Source: Blastocladiella emersonii ATCC 22665
Taxonomy: Eukaryota; Fungi; Blastocladiomycota
Length of the DNA: 64,000 nt
Reading direction: 5' to 3'
NCBI GenBank assembly: GCA_025594325.1
Contig: JANHCV010000008.1
Coordinates: forward strand, 1,240,001-1,304,000
Part shown: piece after piece, positions 23,623 through 35,046 of the stretch
Numbering within the stretch: the first letter of the stretch is position 1
Layout: each line of letters opens with the position of its first letter
The notes under the pieces: generated by a model
Seen by the model: the letters and a program-made list of their open reading frames with translations, nothing else
Told to the model about the DNA's origin: nothing
Databases searched by the model: none
Translations under genes and position numbers: made by a program

Positions 23623-26387
23623 TCAGCTAAGGTGATGCTCCACTATCCTCATAAACATTTCAACAAGCTTCAACTTTTCAGGCTTGTCGCGAAGGTACCG
23701 CCAAACCGACGCGGGTGCGCGCGCCTCGCGGATCTCAAGCACAAGCTCGGTAAACGTGTGCTTGGCCTTTAGGTTGCGGATCTCCACGTCCTCGTCGATC
23801 CACGTGCCGGGCAGCGCGTCAGCGCGGAACAGGATGCGGCGGAGCGCCCAGGTCAGCGCGCGCAGGGCGAAAACGATCCGTACTGCGCGCCAGATATTTG
23901 GCTGCAACTCGCTCGGGTGGAGGCGCGCAAGATCCGCCGCCATTTTGGGTCCGTTGTGAAACTTGCACGCGTGCATGGCGTGCTCGAAAACGTCAAAGAC
24001 GTCGGGAGCCATGGGCGGGGAGAACCGGAACACGATGATGGCGCCAAACTGGACGCCGTTTGCGCGCCACGACTGCGCCATGTCGAGTCTGCGCGGCTCA
24101 TGCGAGCTTCGCTCCTCGAAGACTCCGCCGCAGGGTCCAAACAGCTTTGGAAAGCACGAGCACTCGGCACAGGCGCGCGGGCCAATTATGGCGGCGAATA
24201 TCGTGGTGAGCGTGTCTGCGTAGTCCACCCACACGGCGCGCGCGAGGTTCAGGCCAATCGGACGAGCGTGGATCATGACAAAGACAAGCAGGCGGGAAGA
24301 GACAAGCGACGTAAGTTTGCTCGGTCGAAGGCCGGAAATCCCTGGCGCGCTGGCGATGTGCGATGGCATCTGCATGCACAAAATATGCAGGGTAAGTGGT
24401 GACTCCGGACCATTGCTGCGAGCGCTGCCGCGGCGAGGAGAAGCAGTCTTGGTGCAGAGATCGCGCAGCTTGACGCTCGGTTTCGCAATGAAGCCGTCTG
24501 CCGTAACGCGCACCAAATCAGATTGCATGCCCGTAGTTCGCAGAGCCCAGAACGAGAGCATCTCGACGGGCTCGACATGGCGCACCGATTCGACGTACGA
24601 GCGCGCCTCGGCCCACGTCACGTCGGCGGCCATTTCAAAGTGGGTGAGTGCTGGGCGGCTCTCGTCGTCAAAGTCCCACAGCCCAAGCCCGCTATAGTGC
24701 CGCGAGATGGCGTGCTCCCAGTGAACGTGAACGTGGACGGCGGCGACGCCAGGCCGAATCGCGGCCGGCGCGCGCGTTGAAGCGGGTGGAAGCACAGCAA
24801 CGAGTTCCGCCGGGGAGTTGGCAGCAGAAACGGCACAAGTTCTATCGCGTGTGTCCGAATACAGGCGTTCGAATCCATCAACGAGCATGGTACAAGTGAA
24901 TTGCCGGCTCGCTTCGGGGTCGTGCCTGATCCGCCGAACCGCCTCGGCGAATTGGTCAATCTGGTCCTCGGGAATGTTTGATTTCGCGAGTATGTCCAAC
25001 AAGTCTTTACCTAGTACAGCGCGGCCACTCATTGAGGTGCGGACGTCAACTGAAAGCGTAGTGGTCACGCCCTGCTGCGAGCCGGTCGGCGATGGGTTCG
25101 CAAGATACTGTTCATGAGCGGACGATGACGCGTCGATGGGTCCGGACTCAAGCGGCGGGACGGTTTCTGTGACCGAAGCATCGCCCCCAAAAAGGCTCGA
25201 GTCCACCGCATTCGTTTCCAGAAGCGGATCGATGGGCTTAGACTCAAGCGTGGCGTCAGTTTTCGCGACCAAGTCATCGCCGCCAAGAAAGCTCGGCTCC
25301 ACCGCGGACGTCTCCAAGAGCGGCTCAGCGCCAATCCGCTCAAGCAAAGCAGTAGCAGCATCAATCGAGTTGGCAAATGGCGGAGGTGGGTCGGCAAAAG
25401 TTTCCATCGGGGACGGCTCGACGGCGGGAGACTCGGTTGAATCGTGGTTGTCGAACGAGCCAGTCGAGCTCTCAAGTCGTCGGTCAGATCATCATCCATC
25501 TCGTCAGCGGGCGGCTCTGAGCTGAGAGAAAGAAGTGCCGACGAAGTTTCGCTGAGTAAATCGAACTCAGCTTGGTCGGCAGCGGGACCGGGTACGGCCG
25601 CGGCTTCGAAAAGGTCGGGACAGGGTGCTACCGCAGCTTCGAGAAGGTCGGGGCCAAAGGGAGGAGTCGAAGAGCGCGAATCGGTATCATCGCTCGAGAT
25701 GGAGTCGTTGTCAACCGCCTCAAATGACTCGCTCAAGTATGGCTCCGCGGGCACAGGTCCAACACTCGGCAAGCAGCCAAGATCGTCTGCGAACGTAGCG
25801 GTATCCAAGGGCGAATGAGGAGGCGATGACGTGGGTGAAGTTATTGGAACAGGCTCGAGGTCGTCAAAAGGAGAGCTAGCGCGCGACGAAAGAGCACGCA
25901 AGACGTCAACGAGTGCAGGCCGAAGTCCAACCGTCCACACGCTATGACCGGGCCGCGCGCGTGAGAGCTCGTGTGCACGAAGTCGAAGCTGGCGAGCAAG
26001 TCTTGGTTCAACGTGATGCAGCGCAGCGAGGTGAAGCAGGCGGAGAGGAAGGCCGAGTTCCGAACAATCGTTTTCGATAATTTGGGCCCACGTCTCGGGG
26101 TCGACGGTCAGGGCCGAGTTGCCAAGAATCGGGACGATCAGCGAGCGCGCCTCGCGGAGCGCGTCCAAGTCTGCAGCACAAGGGCGGTCGGGGGAAGCAA
26201 GAATAGGAGGAGCCGGTTCAGGCACTGCAAGGTGCGGCATAGGCGCTGAGAAGCCGGGCGGCGGCGAAGGTGCATGCTGAGCAGGGCCGTGCGAGGGCTG
26301 CGGTGCTGAAAACGGCGCAAACGCCGGGGTCGGGTCGGTCCATGCCGTCCATGCATAATGCAAGGGGTCCCATCCATACGATGCCAT
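23623..26387 (-). pseudogene. Large hypothetical protein (~920 aa if repaired); apparent 1-nt deletion near 25476
   Basis: ORF 25065-26606 (ATG MASYGWDP at 26387) and ORF 23623-25407 overlap and join at GACGAC/TTGAG. Internal 32-aa duplication PLLETSAVEPSFLGGD.../PLLETNAVDSSLFGGD... Confidence 0.6.
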
Positions 26388-26807
26388 TGCGGAATGTGTG
26401 CGTGGTCGAGAGGGCAAGAGCGGAAGCGAGTGAAACCGAAAGCGTTCGGCGCCGTAACAACCGCTCACATGACCTTCAAGAGCGCGAGACGCGTCGCGAG
26501 ACATGCGACTTCGTGCAATATCCCTCGCACGCTCGTTTGTCCATGGAAACCTAAGCGCACGAGCCGCTACTACCTGCAATGCATCCAATGAACCCCGCAA
26601 AAGCACCCAACCCGCGCGCGCCGCCGTTTGCGCAGACGGAAGGCGGCCGCGCGCGTCCGGCGGTATGCATTCGCACCTTCGCGCGAGCCGTCGATATCAT
26701 GTAGATGCTCACTGCTTGCAGTCGCTGTCTAGGGCACCGGCGCGTGCGACGCGCAGTCTTCGCGTGACAACTCGCGCGCGGTCGCGGAAGGGTCTCGCCG
26801 TGGCGGG

Positions 26808-27393
26808 ATGACGAGTCATGACGACGACGACGACGACGAGCAGTCCGAGGACGGCTACGACACCGACGACAACGCCTCTGACTCGTACGCCGCCGGCTAC
26901 AGCCGCCCCACATACACCAACCGCCGCGGCTACGGCTCGGACGACAGCGACGCGTCGTACCCGTCGTGCGCGCAGTCGTCCGACGATGACGACGACTCGG
27001 ATTCCGAGCCGACGTGGGATCTTCTCGGTACGCGCTTTCCCTGTTTTCGCGCGGCGCTCGCCGCTCACTCGGCTCGCGCACCTAGGTTCGTCCGTCCCTG
27101 GAACCGATTGCCCTGTCGCCGGCCCGCTTCCAGTCCCGCCGGCCTGGATCTCGCATCCCCACCTGGCCCGCGCGCAAACGCACCACGCCCCTGCTGGCGC
27201 TGCTGCGCAACCCGCGCCGCAGTCTCGCACTCGCACTCGTGCGCCGTCGCCACCCGCGCACCGACCCGCGCCGCCCAGCGACGAGGCGCGTCCTGCTCAG
27301 CCGCCCCGGCGGCGGCAGCGCGCGGACGACGCGGACGCGGGCGCAAGCGGAGAACCGGCGGTGAAGCGGCAGCGAGTTCGCGGTGGCAAGTAG
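26808..27393 (+). CDS. Small (175 aa) acidic/Pro-rich protein with basic C-terminal NLS-like tail; intron 27028-27085
   Basis: An intron GTACGC...GCTCAC...CTAG joins the Asp/Ser-rich exon (26808-27027) in phase to exon 27086-27393, which ends PAVKRQRVRGGK*. Confidence 0.6.
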
Positions 27394-27456
27394 GTGGAGG
27401 ATGATGAGGAGAAATAGAATGGAATCGTTCGATGCACACAAACACTCGCAGCTACG

Positions 27457-27936
27457 CCTAGGTCCGTCCGTCCCGGGCACCAACTACCCCGTCGCGGGCC
27501 TGCTCCCGGTCCCGTCGGGCTGGGTCCCGCACCCACCGCCGCCCGCTGGTTCCGGCCTGCGCGCAACCACATCACGCTCTCGCTGGCGCTGCAGCGCTGA
27601 GCGCGCCGCATTATCCTACTTGCGCGCTCGCAACCCTCACAACCCTCCGCGACCGCTGCGCCATTCCGCCCAACGGCCATCCCGCACCGCGATCCTCCGC
27701 CGCCGATCCGGGTGCCCGCTTCGTTTCGCGTGCGGCGGCTCGAGAATCAGCTGTGCGAGCTCGTGGGCGACGGGGAGCCGGACGCGGCGAGGTGCGACGA
27801 GCTGGAGCGCGAACTTGCAGCGGCGCGCGCCAAGGCGGCCGTCGAGGTGCCGCAGATCATCGAGCTCGGCGACTTGACGCCCGAGGCGTGGTCGGCGATC
27901 AATAACCCCTTCTACAGCGGGCCGAAGCTGAGGTAG
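27457..27936 (+). pseudogene. Partial tandem duplicate of exon 2 of the 26808-27393 gene
   Basis: LGPSVPGTNYPVAGLLPVPSGWVPHP vs LGSSVPGTDCPVAGPLPVPPAWISHP. The CCTAG acceptor is retained, exon 1 is missing and the downstream frame is shifted. Confidence 0.6.
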
Positions 27937-28647
27937 TTGGCCTCGAGTCGGTCGCGAGGTAGCAAGAAGTAATACATGATGGATTCGATGATGTACGCCT
28001 GTCCAAACAGAGCGTGCTTGGGTCCGCCGATGTTTCAGCAGCGCTCGCTCGCCCGCTTTGACGCGGCCAGTGCCGCACATGTTCAAGACGTGTTTTCGCT
28101 TGGTCACGCGATTTTGCAACGCGTCGACTCGTCTCCCGCGCACGCGCTTTTCTCGCGTGCGCCAATGGACACGCACGCAAGAAAGAAAATCGAGCAAACC
28201 AAAAAGCCAATGATGGTCATTGCCATGCGGGAGGTATGAGTGTTGCTGTCAACATGCCATCTGCCGGGCAACACGCAAGGGACCGAACCTGATGATGATT
28301 GTCGGCGAAGTTACAGGCGCGCCTTCGTTCAAGTAAGCCGAGGGACTCGAACCCCTAATCGCTCGCCGCGTCTCCAGCGCGGTTGGTCAGATCAGTGCGG
28401 GAGCGGTTCAGTGATGGCGCGTGTCCTGAGCCGACACGCAAAAGCGAGCGCGTGGCGTTTCCAGCGTCCTCCGTCGAACGGAGTGCATCATCGATTACTC
28501 ACCACATGTTCCATTCAAGGCAAGAGCGACTTTGGGGAAGTGAGCCACACCACTTGAGCAAATCTGGTCTCAATGATCGACGCGTAGTTTCGCGCATTCG
28601 AACACCGGCTACCCGTCCACCCAGCCACTCGCGCGGATACCGGTCAT

Positions 28648-30280
28648 TTACAAGTCGCACTCGGGCCACCGCTGTTCGAACGTGGCGGTAGCAGCGGGGT
28701 ATCCGTTCCGTATCCACGGCACCTTGACGCACTTGATCTCCGAGAAGTCGTTGTCGTCGTCGAGGAGCGCCTCGGGCACCTTTCCCGAGACCGCGGTCCC
28801 CGCCAAATCGATCCGCTCCACGACCCGCCGCGGCAGCGCCCCGATGAGCGGAACCACGCCTGCGTCAGTGACCTTCTTGTTGCCCGCGATCTCGATCTCA
28901 CGCAAAGCGGGCGGGACGCCCGCCTCGACCAAAATGAAGACCGCGGCGTCGTCGAGAAAGCACCGTCCGAGTCTAAGCACCTGCAGCGTCAGCGGCAAAA
29001 CGAGCGCGATCGCCGCGAGCCCGGCGGGCCAGATCGCGCACTCGAGCAGGTCCAGGACCTCGAGCCCGGGTGGCATTGTGCTGGCGAGCTCACGGATCGC
29101 GTCGGTGCGGATCGGGTTCGGCCGGCAACTCAGCACCTTGAGCCCGCGCGGGAGCCGGGATACGAGAAGTGGGGGGATGGACCGGGTCGATAACGCGCCG
29201 CTGCCGAACACGAGCTCGCGCAGCGATGCGGGGAGGCGGGTGGCGAGCACGAAGGCCGCGGGAAGAGTCGAATTCCGCGCCCGCCAGGTGCAGCGACTCG
29301 AGAGCGGGCGGGAGACCGCGCGCCAGGTGCTGGATCGCTGTCGAGTCGAGGCCGCAGGTGTGCGCGATGGAGGTGATGCGCAGGTGGCGCAGCGAGGCGG
29401 GGAGGTGGCGGAGGTAACCTGAGTGAGAGCGCGGGCGAAAGTGCGTGTCCGAGAGATCGAGCGATTGGATCGAGTCGGGCAGCCACTTGCCCGAAGCGGG
29501 CGCCGCTTCTGGTGAGAGAAAGTTGCGGCTGAGATCGAGCGAGATGAGGGTTTCGGGGAGGTGCATGCGCGCGATGAGAGCGGCCGAGGCGGCCTTGTTG
29601 GTAAGCGAGGGCGGCGGATGGCCTGGTGCGGACTGACAAAGGCGGCAGCAAGGCAGTCGGCGCTACGCTCCGAAAGGCGGGCGCCCGAGATGGTCACGGT
29701 GGAGACGCGGCCGGATGCGATTTCGGGTGCTAGCGACGCTGCAATCCGGTCCCCCGCAAGTCGGTGGTCCTAAGCACGCGTCGATCATCAGCTGTCGAGG
29801 GTGTAATCGATCGAAGGACCCCGGGGTTACGAACCACATCCGAATCATGCTCCCGCGTTCGATCCATGTCGAGCAGCGCGCACGGGTCCCTGGACATCCA
29901 GCCCCATGAAAACTTGAGCCCGAACTCGTCGCGCCACCGCAGCGGGACGCGGACGAAGCCATAGGTCAAGGCCTCCCTGGCTGCACACCGAACCGCTTCA
30001 ACATCGGCGAGCGACTGGCCCGAGAGCCGCCAGAGGCGAAGCGTGCGCACAAGCCCTCGTTTGGACGCGTAGGCGGGCGAGATGTTGCGGCCGACGTGAT
30101 CGACGATGGCCGCAATGACACGCGGGGCGCGGGCGCGCGGGAGCACGGGAGCACGGGCGAGTAGCGCGACTGGGCCAGCGCATCGTAGGGGTCGGTCGCG
30201 CGGACCGCGAAGACAAGCGCGGATTCGAGGACCACGTCGACGGCGAGCCGCACGCGCGGGGTCTCGGTCAAGTGTTGCAT
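28648..30280 (-). pseudogene. RNI-like LRR protein, multiply frameshifted
   Basis: LPETLISLDLSRNFL, LPDSIQSLDLSDTHF, LPPALESLHLAG, MPPGLEVLDLLEC and LPLTLQVLRLGRCFLDD are spread over ORFs 29090-29566, 28648-29697, 29730-30671 and 29966-30373. Confidence 0.75.
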
Positions 30281-30790
30281 CGAGTGTCCATCCATGGTTC
30301 TCTGCATCGGACGCGTGCGGAGGGAAAGCGGTTGCGTCGACCCGCGGCGCGACGAGGAAACGCGTTGCGCCACACGTCACGTGGGGTCGTTTATCGGCGC
30401 CGGGGTCAGGTGAGCGGCGGTTTTGGGGGTTTTCGCGTGGCGCACGCACTTCGCGGCAAACTTCGCCACCGCTCCGCCTTCCCCTCGGCCAGCCGCCGAC
30501 CCGCTCTCCTCTCCCCGCTCTCGCAACGATCGAGCATCGCACGCCACGCTGCCTGCAACGTATCAAACGCATTCGGTCGCGCCACGCCACCCTCCCGAGC
30601 GTCTCGCCGCCATCACCCCGCCACGTCTTGTCAAGACGTGCTCTCTCCCTCATCCTCTGCTGTTGATCCACTGCTGATCAACCGACCAACGTCGCCGTCA
30701 ACCCTACCACGACGTACGTGCGCCGCCGCTGCCCGCTGCTCGCGACCCGCGCGCGCGCGCTCACCTTCCCCACCACCGCCGTCCAGAACC

Positions 30791-32221
30791 ATGAACGCCC
30801 CGTCCGGCGCCAAGTCGCCCGTGCTGCCGACGACCAACGCCGAGAAGACGTACAGCGAGGTGCTGGCGTCGCTGCAGGTGCCGCGCGACAAGCTGCGCGG
30901 GATCGCGACGCATCTGTACAACGAGCTGGTCAAGGGCCTGCACGCCGACGGCGCCGCCCTCAAGATGATCCCGAGCCACGTGCACACGCTGCCGACCGGC
31001 CGCGAGATGGGCACCTACCTCGCGCTCGATCTCGGCGGCACCAACTTCCGCGTGTGCGCCGTCAACCTGCGCGGCGAGGGCAAGCTCGACGTGGTCGCCG
31101 ACAAGTACACGATCCCCGACGACGCCAAGGTCGGGTCGGGCGACGCCCTGTTCGATTTCGTCGCGGGCGCCGTGCACCAGTTCCTCGTCGCCCACGAGAC
31201 CGACTTCACGTTCCCCGCGGACGGCAGCGGCGAGCTCGAGCTCGGGTTCACCTTCTCGTTCCCCGTCATGCAGACGTCGGTGGCCGCCGGCTCGCTCATG
31301 CACTGGGCCAAGGGGTTCGACTGCCCCGACCTCGTTGGCCAGGACGTGGTCGAGGCCCTGCAACGCGCGCTGCGCCGCCGCGGCGTGCGCGTCCACGTCG
31401 CCGCCCTCGTCAACGACACGGTCGGCACCCTCGTCGCCCACGCGTACCAGTCGCCCAACACGGTCATGGGCGTGATTTTTGGCACCGGCACCAACGCCGC
31501 GTACGTCGAGCACACGTCGCAGATCCCCAAGTACATTCCGTCGCCCACCGAGAAGCACCACCACCACCCGCAGATGCTCATCAACACCGAGTGGGGCGCC
31601 TTCGATAACGAAAAGAAGGTGCTCCCGCTCACGGCCATTGACCACGCGCTCGACGCGGCGTCGTCGAACCCGGGCCAGCAGCTGTTCGAGAAGCTCATCT
31701 CGGGCATGTACCTCGGCGAGGTGACGCGCCTCGCGCTGCTGCACCTCATCGACGCCGGCGCCCTGTTCGGCGGCAAGCTCACCGACGAGCTCACCACGCC
31801 CTACGCGTTCCACACCGCCTACATGTCGGCGATCGAGGCCGACGTGACCCCGGCGCTCTCGGGCGTCGCCCAAATCCTCACGGACCACTTCGCCCTCGCC
31901 GCCGCGACCCTCACGGACCGCCAGCTCGTCAAGTCGCTCGTCCAGCAGATCGGCACCCGCGCCGCGCGCCTTTCCGCGGTCGCCGTGTTCGCTCTGCTCG
32001 AGAAGATGTCGGTCCCGCGCGACAACGAGCCCGTGGTCGTCGCCATGGACGGGTCCGTCTGGCTCAAGTACCCCGGGTTCCAGGAGCGCCTCCGCGCCGC
32101 CCTGCGCGAGCTCATGGGGCCCGAAAAGGCCGCCCTCGTCAATATCGAGACCGCGTCCGACGGGTCGGGCGCCGGCGCCGGGCTGATTGCCGCGCTCGTG
32201 GTCGCGCACAAGGAGGATTAG
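30791..32221 (+). CDS. HXK: Hexokinase (476 aa, intronless)
   Basis: All hallmark motifs present: LALDLGGTNFRV, LGFTFSFP, WAKGF, LVNDTVGTL, IFGTGTNAAY, INTEWGAF, FEKLISGMYLGE, DGSV, DGSGAGA. Strong C/G third-position bias. Confidence 0.97.
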   Translation: MNAPSGAKSPVLPTTNAEKTYSEVLASLQVPRDKLRGIATHLYNELVKGLHADGAALKMIPSHVHTLPTGREMGTYLALDLGGTNFRVCAVNLRGEGKLDVVADKYTIPDDAKVGSGDALFDFVAGAVHQFLVAHETDFTFPADGSGELELGFTFSFPVMQTSVAAGSLMHWAKGFDCPDLVGQDVVEALQRALRRRGVRVHVAALVNDTVGTLVAHAYQSPNTVMGVIFGTGTNAAYVEHTSQIPKYIPSPTEKHHHHPQMLINTEWGAFDNEKKVLPLTAIDHALDAASSNPGQQLFEKLISGMYLGEVTRLALLHLIDAGALFGGKLTDELTTPYAFHTAYMSAIEADVTPALSGVAQILTDHFALAAATLTDRQLVKSLVQQIGTRAARLSAVAVFALLEKMSVPRDNEPVVVAMDGSVWLKYPGFQERLRAALRELMGPEKAALVNIETASDGSGAGAGLIAALVVAHKED

Positions 32222-32771
32222 GGTTGTTGTGGTGGATGGCCAGAAGTAGGAGGAGCCATGAGTGTGTGTGTGCATCGAATCGATTCCATTCTATTCCTCC
32301 TCCACCGCCTACTCGCTCGCCTGAGCAGTCCACGACCCGTCGTCACGGCCGCCCGCCTCGCCCCCGCCCGCTCCCGCTCCCGCCGCAATCTCCGCGCGCG
32401 CCTCCGCGATCCACGCGCCGCGCAGCCGCGTCCGCTGCGGTACCGGAGCGAGGCCAACCCGTTCTCGCCCATGCGGACGCGCAGGCGTGGCGACACGGGT
32501 ACGCGCTGCGTCGTGCGTGGGTTGAACGGTCGCGCGCGCGGTCTCGTAGCTGGTGCTCAGCGAGCCAATGCCCACGTCGCCGTCCGTCACGGCGCGGAAG
32601 CAAGGCAGGGACTCGCGCGCAGCGACCGCGGTCGCTTGTCAACCGCGCGCGGAGTCGGCTGCGGCTTCCGCTGTCGCGATGCGGTTGGTCTACGCGTGGT
32701 GAGGCGAGTGAGAGAGCACTGGCGACGTCGCCTCGAGCGGGTCACCAAGGACCGCGCGCTGCAGGTTCGTC

Positions 32772-33330
32772 TTGGCGGGGTTCCGGAGCATGGCGAGCCA
32801 CTTGCGGTACATGTTCGTGTTCGCGTTCTTGTGGTGTGGCGTCGAACCGCCCGCCCTCGAGTCGCTGGACCTGACGGGCGTGGAATTCGACTCGTTGGCG
32901 GTGTTCGTGCTCGCGGCCCGGCTCCCTGATTTGTTGCCCGAGCTCGCGCTCGGCTGCTCAACAAAGTCCATCCCCACGTGTGATGCCGCCCAAGCTTGAC
33001 GCTCGAAGCGCTCGTGCCCGCCGTGCCACCGACGCTGCACGTGCTTCGCCTCGTCCAGTGCTTTCTCGACGAAGCCACGGTGCTCGTCTTGGTGGCTGCT
33101 GGCGTCATCGCGCCCGCCCTGCGCGGATCGAGTTGGCGAGCAACGAGACACGAGCGCGGTCCCGCCCATCAAAGCACTTTTGCAGCTGGTCGTTGGGCGG
33201 ATCGATTTGGCGAGGACCGCTAGCGCAACGTGGTTGAGGCGCCCCTCGACAACGGCTTCTTGGCGCTCATGTGCGTCAAGGTGCAGTGGATCCGGAACGG
33301 ACACTTCGCTCCTGTCGCGTTCGCCGAGCA
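32772..33330 (+). pseudogene. Degenerate paralog of the 3' part of the 28648-30280 LRR gene (opposite orientation)
   Basis: PPALESLDLTGVEFDSLAVFVLAARLP vs PPALESLHLAGAEFDS...AFVLATRLP; TLHVLRLVQCFLDEATV vs TLQVLRLGRCFLDDAAV; VGRIDLA vs VERIDLA; WIRNGH vs WIRNGY. The 3' flanks are also similar. Confidence 0.75.
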
Positions 33331-33727
33331 ATGACCCGACTGTGACTTGCAGATTATCCGGGCGAGAGGCTGGTTGGACGGCTTCCAGCTGATCGGAAGT
33401 TTCGTTCGAAAGCGCGTTGTTCAGCGGCCGGCCATCAATTTGCTCAAGCGGCCAGCTCTCCAAAAGGCCAAGTGGCCCAATGCTTACACGTGAGGCGAGC
33501 CCGCCGACGAAGGTTGCCGCGCCCAAACGTATGCGGCGCTGCGTTGGCGTGCGAGCCGAGCGACCGGGGCTGTCTCACGGCGGAGGACGCGTCGGGAAAT
33601 CACGTTGAGCGCCACCTGATGCGCCACACGCGGTTCGCTCGAAGTGGCGACGCCACGACGCCCACACATTTCCTCACCTCCCCTCCTCTAGTCACTCTGT
33701 GCACGTCTAAACCTTGAGGATAACACC

Positions 33728-34660
33728 ATGAAACACACCACAATAACTTCCTGCAATGAATTGGCCGCAGTGCCGACCGGCTCGGGGCTACCAATTCCAC
33801 GGCAAGAGGGGACCCTGCTCTGTGCCATGAACTTGCGGCTGCAGGAGGTTCACCAAGCGCTTCGGACCCGCTTGCTCATCGCTCATCCGGGGCACATCCG
33901 ACCCGGTTTGCTTGCTTGCCCTATTGCCGATTCGCCAAGCGAGGCTCCAGCAGTCGAGCAGCAACCCGCCGTATCGCTCCCGCCCAAACTGCACCCGTCG
34001 TCGCGCCCGCCTCCGCCGACTGAGCTCTCCTCACCCGCACCCTGCGTCCAATCGGTGGTCTTCTCTGGACAGCTCAACGCCAACGAGCTTTTCTGCTGCA
34101 TCAGGCACCACGCGCCCAACTTCCGCACCCCGCGCGACTCGCGCGCCGGGCTCAAAAACCCGAGCGAGTTCCTCTCCGCATTACGCGCGCTTTTGCCCGA
34201 CGTGCCGCTCGCCCACCTCCTCATCGCCGCGCGGGCCCGGGTCTCGCCCATTTTCTACTGCACCTACGCTCCCCTGCTGCACGAAAGCACGCCCGATGAC
34301 GAGGCCGCGCGCGTCTTCGTTGGCATCGCGCACAACAAGTGGATGCCCGGCTGGATTCAGCGGTGGCAGGCGCTGCGGCCACGGTCCGATCGCCGTGCGG
34401 ACATGGCCGCGTACTTTGACGCCTTCTGCGGGCTTCTTGGCGAGGTCGTCGACCTGACGCCAGACTTGATGTACCAGCAGCATGTCAAGCACGTGTACAA
34501 CATCCGCGTCTACCAAGACCTCAAGTGGAGTCCGTTGCTTGCCCGTGAGCTCATTTCGAACCCAAACGCGTCGCTCTCTGACCTCGCCGACGTCTATGTG
34601 CGCTTGGGCACTGCGAGTGGCCAGGACCTAACACATCAAGTCAAGACCCCGTACGCGTAA
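33728..34660 (+). CDS. Gag-like family member A (subgroup I), 310 aa, ends after the capsid-like core with no knuckle
   Basis: Header TLLCAMNLRLQEVHQAL; core EFLSALRALLPDVPLAHLLIAARARV...YFDAFCGLL...QHVKHVYN...SLSDLADVY. Collinear with H and N. Confidence 0.7.
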   Translation: MKHTTITSCNELAAVPTGSGLPIPRQEGTLLCAMNLRLQEVHQALRTRLLIAHPGHIRPGLLACPIADSPSEAPAVEQQPAVSLPPKLHPSSRPPPPTELSSPAPCVQSVVFSGQLNANELFCCIRHHAPNFRTPRDSRAGLKNPSEFLSALRALLPDVPLAHLLIAARARVSPIFYCTYAPLLHESTPDDEAARVFVGIAHNKWMPGWIQRWQALRPRSDRRADMAAYFDAFCGLLGEVVDLTPDLMYQQHVKHVYNIRVYQDLKWSPLLARELISNPNASLSDLADVYVRLGTASGQDLTHQVKTPYA

Positions 34661-35046
34661 ACTCGCCGAGAACGTCTCCGCATAGCTTGAGACGCAATCG
34701 CGACGCGGGGCCAGTGAGCAACATGGGTGTACTCAAAGTGGCAGTCGCGTTTCCAGCGAACTATGGGTGAGTTCACCAGTTGAGCAGCCATCGACCATGG
34801 TCGGCTTGAGGATATCGGCACAGTCGGACGCAATAGTAAATTGACAATACTACTTCCAAATGCTCCTAATGTGCGATCGCTGTGAAGAGCGAGAGCGGAC
34901 GCGAGCGACACGTCCGCGTGACGTGCGAGTCATGACGATCGGGACGTGGCGCCGCTGCCTCCACCTCGCCGCCTAGCCACCTTGGCACGCTCCCTCTCCG
35001 AAATGACGCGATATTGCGGCTGTACTGACATGTAACTCGATGCAAC

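Noticed and set aside
28342-28355. tRNA gene (minus-strand GGGGTTCGAGTCCC, T-loop/B-box-like)
   Set aside because: No matching acceptor stem, D-arm or anticodon arm could be folded upstream. At most a tRNA- or SINE-derived fragment.
30718-32275. Long overlapping ORFs 30761-32275 (-), 31015-31797 (-) and 30718-31608 (+)
   Set aside because: Shadow frames produced by the extreme GC3 bias of the hexokinase CDS.
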